Below, one piece after another: positions 9,930-20,330 of a stretch of 64,000 nucleotides of DNA. How positions within the stretch are numbered: position 1 is the stretch's first letter; each line of letters opens with the position of its first letter. The stretch is taken from positions 134,168,001 through 134,232,000 of the forward strand of contig OZ024743.1 in assembly GCA_964016885.1 (NCBI GenBank), read 5' to 3'. The notes under the pieces are model-generated. The model was not told the DNA's origin and did not search any database. It saw nothing but the letters and a program-made list of their open reading frames with translations. Origin of the DNA: Eledone cirrhosa (Eukaryota). Position numbers and translations under genes: made by a program.

Positions 9930-12900
9930 CTTGGTGTTTGGTGTTATATGCTTGGTGTTTGATGCTTGGTGCTTGGTGCTTGGTGTTTGGTGTTTGGTGC
10001 TTGGTGTTTGATGCATGGTGCTTGGTGCTTGGTGTTTGGTGCTTGGTGCTTGGTGTTTGGTGCTTGGTGCTTGGTGTTTGGTGCTTGGTGTTTGGTGCTT
10101 GGTGTTTGGTGCTTGGTGCTTGGTGCTTGGTGCTTGGTGTCTGGTGTTTGGTGCTTGGTGTTTGGTGCTTGGTACTTGGTGCTTGGTGCTTGGTGTTAGG
10201 TGTTTGGTGCTTGGTGCTTGGTGTCTGGTTTTTGGTGCTTGGTGGTTGGTGTTTGGTGCTTGCTGCTGGCTGCTTGGTGTTTGGTGCTTGGTGATTGGTG
10301 CTTGGTGTTTGGTGTTTGGTGCTAGGTGCTTGGTGTTTGGTGCTTGGTGCTTGGTGTTTGTACTTGGTGCTTGGTGCTTGGTTCTTGGTGTTTGGTGCTT
10401 CGTGCTTGGTGTTTGTACTTGGTGCTTGGTGATTGGTGTTTGGTTCTTGGTTCTTGGTGTTTGGTGTTTGGCGTTTGGTGTTTGGTGCTTGGTGCTTGGT
10501 GTTTGGTGCTTGGTGCTTGGCGTTTGGTGCCTGGTGCTTGGTGCTTGGTGTTTGGTGTTTGGTGCTTGGTGCTTGGTGCTTGGAGTTTGGTGTTTGGTGC
10601 TTGGTGCTTTGTGTTTTGTGTTTGGTGTTTGGTTTTTGGTGCTTGGTGCTTGGTCCTTGGTGTTTGGTGCTGGGTGCTTTGTGTTTGGTGCTTGGTGCTT
10701 GGTGTTTGGTGTTTGCTGCTTGGTGTTTGATGCTTGGTGCTTGGTGCTTGGTGTTTTGTGTTTGGTGCTTGGTTCTTGGTGTTTGGTGCTTGGTGCTTGG
10801 TACTTGGTGTTTGTACTTGGTGCTTGGTGCTTGGTGTTTGGTTCTTGGTTCTTGGTGTTTGGTACTTGGTGCTTGGTGCTTGATGTTTGGTGTTTGGTGC
10901 TTGGTGTTTGGTGCTTGGTGCTTGGTGCTTGGTGTTAGGTGTTTGGTGCTTGGTCCTTGGTGTTTGTTGCTTGGTGTTTGGTGTTTGCTGTTTGGTGTTT
11001 GGTGTTTCGTGTTTGGTGTTTGCTGTTTGGTGTCTGCTTTTTGGTGTTTAGTGTTTGCTGTATGGTGTTTGGTGTTTGCTGTTTGGTGTTTGGTCTTTGG
11101 TGCTTGGTGTTTGGTGCTTGGTGCTTGGTGTTTGGTGTTTAGTGCTTGGTGCTTGGTGTTTGGTGTTTGGTGCTTGGTGTTTGGTGTTTGGTGCTTGGTG
11201 TCTGGTGCTTGGTGTTTGGTTTTTGGTGCTTGGTGTTTGGTGTTTGGTGCTTGGTGTTTGGTGTTTGGTGTTTGGTGCTTGGTGCTTGGTGTTTGGTGTT
11301 TGGCGTTTGGTGCTTGGTGTCTGGTGCTTGGTGTTTGGTGTTTGGTGCTTGGTGTTTGGTGCTTGGTGCTTGGTGTTTGGTGCTTGGTGCTGGGTGGTTG
11401 GTGTTTGGTGCTTGGTGTTTGGTGCTGGGTGCTTGGTGTTTGGTGCTGGGTGCTTGGTATTTGGTGCTTGGTGCTTGGTCTTTGGTGCTTGGTGTTTGGT
11501 GTTTGGTGCTTGGTCATTGGTGTTTCTACTTGGTGCTTGGTGCTTGGTTCTTGGTGTTTGGTGCTTGGTGCTTGGTGTTTGGTGTTATATGCTTGGTGTT
11601 TGATGCTTGGTGCTTGGTGCTTGGTGTTTGGTGTTTGGTGTTTGATGCTTGGTGCTTGGTGTTTGGTGCTTGGTGCTTGGTGTTTGTACTTGGTGCTTGG
11701 TGCTTGGTGCTTGGTGTTTGGTGCTTGGTATTTGGTGCTTGGTGCTTGGTGCTTGGTCCTTGGTGCTTGGTGTTTGGTGGTTGGTGTTTGGTGGTTGGTG
11801 TTAGGTGTTTGGTGCTTGGTGCTTGGTGTTTGGTGTTTGGTGCTTGGTGTTTGGTGTTTGGTGCTTGGTGTTTGGTGCTTGGTACTTGGTGCTTGGTGCT
11901 TGGTGTTAGGTGTTTGGTGCTTGGTGTTTGGTGCTTGGTGTTTGGTGCTTGGTGCTTGGTGCTTGATGCTTGGTGTTTGGTGGTTGGTGTTTGGTGCTTG
12001 GTGTTTGGTGCTTGGTGTTACGTGTTTGGTGCTTGGTGCTTGGTGTTTGGTGTTTGGTGCTTGGTGTTTGGTGTTTGGTGCTTGGTGTTTGGTGCTTTTT
12101 GCTTGGTGCTTGGTGCTTGGTGTTTGGTGCTGGGTGCTTGGTGCTTGGTGTTTGGTGCTTGGTGCTTGGTGTTTGATGCTTGGTGCTTGGTGCTTGGTGT
12201 TTGGTGTTTGGTGTTTGATGCTTGGTGCTTGGTGCTTGGTGTTTGGTGCTTGGTGCTTGGTGTTTGGTGCTTGGTGCTTGGTGTTTGGTGCTTGGTGTTT
12301 GGTGCTTGGTGTTTGGTGCTTGGTGCTTGGTGCTTGGTGCTTGGTGTTTTGTGTTTGGTGCTTGGTGTTTGGTGATTGGTACTTGGTGCTTGGTGCTTGG
12401 TGTTAGGTGTTTGGTGCTTGGTGCTTGGTGTCTGGTTTTTGGTGCTTGGTGCTTGGTGTTTGGTGCTTGCTGCTGGCTGCTTGGTGTTTGGTGCTTGGTG
12501 ATTGGTGCTTGGTGTTTGGTGTTTGGTACTAGGTGCTTGGTGTTTGGTGCTTGGTGCTTGGTATTTGTACTTGGTGCTTGGTGCTTGGTTCTTGGTGTTT
12601 GGTGCTTCGTGCTTGGTGTTTGGTGCTTGGTGCTTGGTGTTTGGTGCTTGGTGTTTGGTGCTTGGTGTTTGGTGCTTGGTGCTTGGTGCTTGGTGTTTGG
12701 TGCTTGTTGTTTGGTGCTTGGTGTTAGGTGTTTGGTGCTTGGTGCTTGGTGTTTGGTGTTTGGTGCTTGGTGTTTGGTGTTTGGTGTTATATGCTTGGTG
12801 TTTGATGCTTGGTGCTTGGTGCTTGGTGTTTGGTGTTTGGTGCTTGGTGTTTGATGCATGGTGCTTGGTGCTTGGTGTTTGGTGCTTGGTGCTTGGTGTT

Positions 12901-15660
12901 TGGTGCTTGGTGCTTGGTGTTTGGTGCTTGGTGTTTGGTGCTTGGTGTTTGGTGCTTGGTGCTTGGTGCTTGGTGCTTGGTGTCTGGTGTTTGGTGCTTG
13001 GTGTTTGGTGCTTGGTACTTGGTGCTTGGTGCTTGGTGTTAGGTGTTTGGTGCTTGGTGCTTGGTGTCTGGTTTTTGGTGCTTGGTGCTTGGTGTTTGGT
13101 GCTTGCTGCTGGCTGCTTGGTGTTTGGTGCTTGGTGATTGGTGCTTGGTGTTTGGTGTTTGGTGCTAGGTGCTTGGTGTTTGGTGCTTGGTGCTTGGTGT
13201 TTGTACTTGGTGCTTGGTGCTTGGTTCTTGGTGTTTGGTGCTTCGTGCTTGGTGTTTGTACTTGGTGCTTGGTGATTGGTGTTTGGTTCTTGGTTCTTGG
13301 TGTTTGGTGTTTGGCGTTTGGTGTTTGGTGCTTGGTGCTTGGTGTTTGGTGCTTGGTGCTTGGCGTTTGGTGCCTGGTGCTTGGTGCTTGGTGTTTGGTG
13401 TTTGGTGCTTGGTGCTTGGTGCTTGGAGTTTGGTGTTTGGTGCTTGGTGCTTTGTGTTTTGTGTTTGGTGTTTGGTTTTTGGTGCTTGGTGCTTGGTCCT
13501 TGGTGTTTGGTGCTGGGTGCTTTGTGTTTGGTGCTTGGTGCTTGGTGTTTGGTGTTTGCTGCTTGGTGTTTGATGCTTGGTGCTTGGTGCTTGGTGTTTT
13601 GTGTTTGGTGATTGGTTCTTGGTGTTTGGTGCTTGGTGCTTGGTACTTGGTGTTTGTACTTGGTGCTTGGTGCTTGGTGTTTGGTTCTTGGTTCTTGGTG
13701 TTTGGTACTTGGTGCTTGGTGCTTGATGTTTGGTGTTTGGTGCTTGGTGTTTGGTGCTTGGTGCTTGGTGCTTGGTGTTAGGTGTTTGGTGCTTGGTCCT
13801 TGGTGTTTGTTGCTTGGTGTTTGGTGTTTGCTCTTTGGTGTTTGGTGTTTCGTGTTTGGTGTTTGCTGTTTGGTGTCTGCTTTTTGGTGTTTAGTGTTTG
13901 CTGTATGGTGTTTGGTGTTTGCTGTTTGGTGTTTGGTCTTTGGTGCTTGGTGTTTGGTGCTTGGTGCTTGGTGTTTGGTGTTTGGTGCTTGGTGCTTGGT
14001 GTTTGGTGTTTGGTGCTTGGTGTTTGGTGTTTGGTGCTTGGTGTCTGGTGCTTGGTGTTTGGTTTTTGGTGCTTGGTGTTTGGTGTTTGGTGCTTGGTGT
14101 TTGGTGTTTGGTCTTTGGTGCTTGGTGCTTGGTGTTTGGTGTTTGGTGTTTGGTGCTTGGTGTCTGGTGCTTGGTGTTTGGTGTTTGGTGCTTGGTGTTT
14201 GGTGCTTGGTGCTTGGTGTTTGGTGCTTGGTGCTGGGTGGTTGGTGTTTGGTGCTTGGTGTTTGGTGCTGGGTGCTTGGTGTTTGGTGCTGGATGCTTGG
14301 TATTTGGTGCTTGGTGCTTGGTCTTTGGTGCTTGGTGTTTGGTGTTTGGTGCTTGGTCATTGGTGTTTCTACTTGGTGCTTGGTGCTTGGTTCTTGGTGT
14401 TTGGTGCTTGGTGCTTGGTGTTTGGTGTTATATGCTTGGTGTTTGATGCTTGGTGCTTGGTGCTTGGTGTTTGGTGTTTGGTGTTTGATGCTTGGTGCTT
14501 GGTGTTTGGTGCTTGGTGCTTGGTGTTTGTACTTGGTGCTTGGTGCTTGGTGCTTGGTGTTTGGTGCTTGGTATTTGGTGCTTGGTGCTTGGTGCTTGGT
14601 CCTTGGTGCTTGGTGTTTGGTGGTTGGTGTTTGGTGGTTGGTGTTAGGTGTTTGGTGCTTGGTGCTTGGTGTTTGGTGTTTGGTGCTTGGTGTTTGGTGT
14701 TTGGTGCTTGGTGTTTGGTGCTTGGTACTTGGTGCTTGGTGCTTGGTGTTAGGTGTTTGGTGCTTGGTGTTTGGTGCTTGGTGTTTGGTGCTTGGTGCTT
14801 GGTGCTTGGTGCTTGGTGTTTGGTGGTTGGTGTTTGGTGCTTGGTGTTTGGTGCTTGGTGTTACGTGTTTGGTGCTTGGTGCTTGGTGTTTGGTGTTTGG
14901 TGCTTGGTGTTTGGTGTTTGGTGCTTGGTGTTTGGTGCTTTTTGCTTGGTGCTTGGTGCTTGGTGTTTGGTGCTGGGTGCTTGGTGCTTGGTGTTTGGTG
15001 TTATATGCTTGGTGTTTGATGCTTGGTGCTTGGTGCTTGGTGTTTGGTGTTTGGTGCTTGGTGTTTGATGCTTGGTGCTTGGTGCTTGGTGTTTGGTGCT
15101 TGGTGCTTGGTGTTTGGTGCTTGGTGCTTGGTGTTTGGTGCTTGGTGTTTGGTGCTTGGTGTTTGGTGCTTGGTGCTTGGTGCTTGGTGCTTGGTGTTTT
15201 GTGTTTGGTGCTTGGTGTTTGGTGCTTGGTACTTGGTGCTTGGTGCTTGGTGTTAGGTGTTTGGTGCTTGGTGCTTGGTGTCTGGTTTTTGGTGCTTGGT
15301 GCTTGGTGTTTGGTGCTTGCTGCTGGCTGCTTGGTGTTTGGTGCTTGGTGATTGGTGCTTGGTGTTTGGTGTTTGGTACTAGGTGCTTGGTGTTTGGTGC
15401 TTGGTGCTTGGTGTTTGTACTTGGTGCTTGGTGCTTGGTTCTTGGTGTTTGGTGCTTCGTGCTTGGTGTTTGGTGCTTGGTGCTTGGTGTTTGGTGCTTG
15501 GTGTTTGGTGCTTGGTGTTTGGTACTTGGTGCTTGGTGCTTGGTGTTTGGTGCTTGTTGTTTGGTGCTTGGTGTTAGGTGTTTGGTGCTTGGTGCTTGGT
15601 GTTTGGTGTTTGGTGCTTGGTGTTTGGTGTTTGGTGTTATATGCTTGGTGTTTGATGCTT
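9930..15660 (+). repeat. Tandem duplication with period 2,843-2,850 bp nested in copy A (mirrored at ~28,325-34,055 in A')
   Basis: ORF pairs 10015/12858, 10433/13276, 11055/13898 (2,843), 12222/15072 (2,850) and 28410/31253 (2,843). Confidence 0.9.
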
Positions 15661-17539
15661 GGTGCTTGCTGCTTGGTGTTTGGCGCTTGGTGTTTGATGC
15701 TTGGTGCTTGGTGCTTGGTGTTTGGTGCTTGGTGCTTGGTGTTTGTACTTGGTGCTTGGTGCTTGGTTCTTGGTGTTTGGTGCCTGGTGTTTGGTGTTTG
15801 GTGCTTGGTGTTTGGTGTTTGGTGTTATATGCTTGGTGTTTGATGCTTGGTGCTTGGTGCTTGGTGTTTGGTGCTTGGTGTTTGATGCTTGGTGCTTGGT
15901 GCTTGGTGTTTGGTGCTTGGTGCTTGGTGTTTGTACTTGGTGCTTGGTGCTTGGTTCTTGGAGTTTGGTGCTTGGTGCTTGGTGTTTGGTGCTTGGTGCT
16001 TGGTGTTTGGTGCTTGGTGTTTGGTGCTTGGTGTTTGGTGCTTGGTGCTTGGTGCTTAGTGCTTGGTGTTTGGTGCTTGGTGTTAGGTGTTTGGTGCTTG
16101 GTGCTTGGTGTTTGGTGTTTGGTGCTTGGTGTTTGGTGCTTGGTGTTTGGTGTTAGGTGTTTGGTGCTTGGTGTTTGGTGTTTGGTGCTTGGTGTTTGGT
16201 GCTTGGTGTTTGGTGCTTGGTGTTTGGTGCTTGGTACTTGGTGCTTGGTGCTTCGTGTTAGGTGTTTGGTGCTTGGTGCTTGGTGTTTGGTTTTTGGTGC
16301 TTGGTGCTTGGTGTTTGGTGTTTGGTGCTTGCTGCTGGCTGCTTGGTGTTTGATGCTTGGTGATTGGTGCTTGGTGTTTTGTGCTTGGTGTTTGGTGTTT
16401 TGTGCTAGGTGCTTGGTGTTTGGTGCTTGGTGCTTGGTGCTTGGTGTTTGGTGTTTGGTTTTAGGTGCTTGGTGCTTGGTGTTTGGTGCTTGGTGCTGGG
16501 TGGTTGGTGTTTAGTGCTTGGTGTTTGGTGCTGGGTGCTTGGTGTTTGGTGCTTGGTGCTTGGTCTTTGGTGCTTGGTGTTTGGTGTTTGGTGCTTGGTG
16601 CTTGGTGCTTGGTGTTTGGTGCTTGGTGCTTGGTGTTTGGTGCTTGGTGCTTAGTGTTTGGTGCTTGGTGCTTATTTTTTGGTGTTTGGTGCTTGGTGCT
16701 TGGTGTTTAGTGCTTAGTGTTTGGTGCTTGGTGCTTGGTGTTTGGTGTTTGCTGTTTGCTGTTTGGTGTTTGTTGTTTGGTGTTTGTTGTTTGGTGTTTG
16801 CTGTTTGTTTTTTTTGTGTTTGCTTTTTGGTGTTTGGTGTTTGCTGTATGTTGTTTGGTGTTTGGTGTTTGGTGTTTGGTGCCTGGTGCTTGGTGCTTGG
16901 TGCTTGGTGTTTGGTGTTTGGTGCTTGGTGCTTGGAGTTTGGTGTTTGGTGCTTGGTGCTTGGTGTTTCGTGTTTCGTGTTTGGTTTTTGGTGCTTGGTG
17001 CTTGGTGCTTGGTCCTTGGTGTTTGGTGCTGGGTGCATTGTGTTTGGTGCTTGGTGCTTGGTGCTTGGTGTTTGGTGTTTGCTGCTTGGTGTTTGATGCT
17101 TGGTGCTTGGTGGTTGGTGTTTTGTGTTTGGTGCTTGGTGCTTGGTGCTTGGTGTTTGGTGCTTGGTGCTTGGTGTTTGGTGCCTGGTGCTTGGTGCTTG
17201 GTGCTTGGTGTTTGGTGTTTGGTGCTTGGTGCTTGGTGCTTGGAGTTTGGTGTTTGGTGCTTGGTGCTTTGTGTTTTGTGTTTGGTGTTTGGTTTTTGGT
17301 GCTTGGTGCTTGGTCATTGGTGTTTGGTGCTGGGTGCTTTGTGTTTTGTGCTTGGTGCATGGTGCTTGGTGCTTGGTGCTTGGTGTTTGGTGTTTGGTGT
17401 TTGGTGCTTGGTGCTTGGAGTTTGGTGTTTGGTGCTTGGTGCTTGGTGTTTCGTGTTTCGTGTTTGGTTTTTGGTGCTTGGTGCTTGGTGCTTGGTCCTT
17501 GGTGTTTGGTGCTGGGTGCATTGTGTTTGGTGTTTGGTG

Positions 17540-20330
17540 CTTGGTGCTTGGTACTTGGTGTTTGTACTTGGTGCTTGGTGCTTGGTGTTTGGTTCTTGGT
17601 TCTTGGTGTTTGGTACTTGGTGCTTGGTGCTTGATGTTTGGTGTTTGGTGCTTGTTGTTTGGTGCTTGGTACTTGGTGCTTGGTGCTTGGGGTTAGGTGT
17701 TTGGTGCTTGGTGCTTGGTGTTTGGTTTTTGGTGCTTGGTGCTTGGTGTTTGGTGTTTGGTGCTTGCTGCTGGCTGCTTGGTGTTTGATGCTTGGTGATT
17801 GGTGCTTGGTGTTTTGTGCTTGGTGTTTGGTGTTTGGTGCTAGGTGCTTGGTGTTTGGTGCTTGGTGCTTGGTGCTTGGTGTTTGGTGTTTGGTGTTAGG
17901 TGCTTCATGCTTGGTGTTTGGTGCTTGGTGCTGAGTGGTTGGTGTTTAGTGCTTGGTGTTTGGTGCTGGGTGCTTGGTGTTTGGTGCTTGGTGCTTGGTC
18001 TTTGGTGCTTGGTGTTTGGTGTTTGGTGCTTGGTGCTTGGTGCTTGGTGTTTGGTGCTTGGTGCTTGGTGTTTGGTGCTTGGTGCTTAGTGTTTGGTGCT
18101 TGGTGCTTAGTGTTTGGTGCTAGGTGCTTGGTGTTTGGTGCTTGGTGCTTGGTGTTTGGTGCCTGGTGCTTGGTGTTTGGTGTTTGGTGTTTGGTGCTTG
18201 GTGCTTGGTGTTTGGTGTTTGCTGTTTGCTGTTTGGTGTTTGTTGTTTGGTGTTTGTTGTTTGGTGTTTGCTGTTTGGTGTTTGGTGTTTGCTTTTTGGT
18301 GTTTGGTGTTTGCTGTATGTTGTTTGCTGTTTGGTGTTTGGTGTTTGGTGTTTGGTGTTTGGTGCTTGGTGCTTGCTGCTGGCTGCTTGGTGCTTGGTGT
18401 TTGGTGCCTGGTGCTTGGTGCTTGGTGCTTGGTGTTTGGTGTTTGGTGCTTGGTGCTTGGAGTTTGGTGTTTGGTGCTTGGTGCTTGGTATTTCGTGTTT
18501 CGTGTTTGGTTTTTGGTGCTTGGTGCTTGGTGCTTGGTCCTTGGTGTTTGGTGCTGGGTGCTTGGTGTTTGGTGCTTGGTGCTTGGTCTTTGGTGCTTTG
18601 TGTTTGGTGCTTGGTGCTTGGTGTTTGGTGCTTGGTGCTTGGTGCTTGGTGTTTGGTTTTTGGTGCTTGGTGTTTGGTGTTTGGTGTTTGATGCTTGGTG
18701 CTTGGTGCTTGGTGCTTGGTGCTTGGTGTTTGTTGTTTGGTGTTTGATGTTTGGTGTTTGGTGTTTGCTTTTTGGTGTTTGGTGTTTGCTGTATGTTGTT
18801 TGGTGTTTGGTGTTTGGTGTTTGGTGTTTGGTGCTTGTTGCTTGGTGTTTGGTGCTTGGTGCTTGGTGTTTGTTGCCTGGTGCTTGGTGCTTGGTGCTTG
18901 GTGTTTGGTGTTTGGTGCTTGGTGCTTGGAGTTTGGTGTTTGGTGCTTGGTGCTTGGTGTTTCGTGTTTCGTGTTTGGTTTTTGGTGCTTGGTGCTTGGT
19001 GCTTGGTCCTTGGTGTTTGGTGCTGGGTGCATTGTGTTTGGTGCTTGGTGCTTGGTGCTTGGTGTTTGGTGTTTGCTGCTTGGTGTTTGATGCTTGGTGC
19101 TTGGTGGTTGGTGTTTTGTGTTTGGTGCTTGGTGCTTGGTGTTTGGTGCTTGGTGCTTGGTGCTTGGTGTTTGGTTCTTGGTTCTTGGTGTTTGGTGTTT
19201 GGCGTTTGGTGTTTGGTGCTTGGTGCTTGGTGTTTGGTGCTTGGTGCTTGGTGTTTGGTGCCTGGTGCTTGGTGCTTGGTGCTTGGTGTTTGGTGTTTGG
19301 TGCTTGGTGCTTGGTGCTTGGAGTTTGGTGTTTGGTGCTTGGTGCTTTGTGTTTTGTGTTTGGTGTTTGGTTTTTGGTGCTTGGTGCTTGGTCATTGGTG
19401 TTTGGTGCTGGGTGCTTTGTGTTTTGTGCTTGGTGCTTGGTGTTTGGTGTTTGCTGCTTGGTGTTTGATGCTTGGTGCTTGGTGCTTGGTGTTTTGTGTT
19501 TGGTGGTTGGTGCTTGGTGCTTGGTACTTGGTGTTTGTACTTGGTGCTTGGTGCTTGGTGTTTGGTTCTTGGTTCTTGGTGTTTGGTACTTGGTGCTTGG
19601 TGCTTGATGTTTGGTGTTTGGTGCTTGGTGTTTGGTGCTTGGTACTTGGTGCTTGGTGCTTGGGGTTAGGTGTTTGGTGCTTGGTGCTTGGTGTTTGGTT
19701 TTTGGTGCTTGGTGCTTGGTGTTTGGTGTTTGGTGCTTGCTGCTGGCTGCTTGGTGTTTGATGCTTGGTGATTGGTGCTTGGTGTTTTGTGCTTGGTGTT
19801 TGGTGTTTGGTGCTAGGTGCTTGGTGTTTGGTGCTTGGTGCTTGGTGCTTGGTGTTTGGTGTTTGGTGTTAGGTGCTTCATGCTTGGTGTTTGGTGCTTG
19901 GTGCTGAGTGGTTGGTGTTTAGTGCTTGGTGTTTGGTGCTGGGGGCTTGGTGTTTGGTGCTTGGTGCTTGGTCTTTGGTGCTTGGTGTTTGGTGTTTGGT
20001 GCTTGGTGATTGGTGCTTGGTGTTTGGTGCTTGGTGCTTGGTGTTTGGTGCTTGGTGCTTAGTGTTTGGTGCTTGGTGCTTAGTGTTTGGTGCTAGGTGC
20101 TTGGTGTTTGGTGCTTGGTGCTTGGTGTTTGGTGCCTGGTGCTTGGTGTTTGGTGTTTGGTGTTTGGTGCTTGGTGCTTGGTGTTTGGTGTTTGCTGTTT
20201 GCTGTTTGGTGTTTGTTGTTTGGTGTTTGTTGTTTGGTGTTTGCTGTTTGGTGTTTGGTGTTTGCTTTTTGGTGTTTGGTGTTTGCTGTATGTTGTTTGC
20301 TGTTTGGTGTTTGGTGTTTGGTGTTTGGTG
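17540..20330 (+). repeat. Duplicated segments at offset 1,973 bp (~17540-18350 and ~19515-20325; mirrored in A')
   Basis: ORF pairs 17638/19611, 17844/19817 and 17900/19873. Shared markers are TTGGGGTTAGG, CTTCATGC and GCTGAGTGG. Confidence 0.8.
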
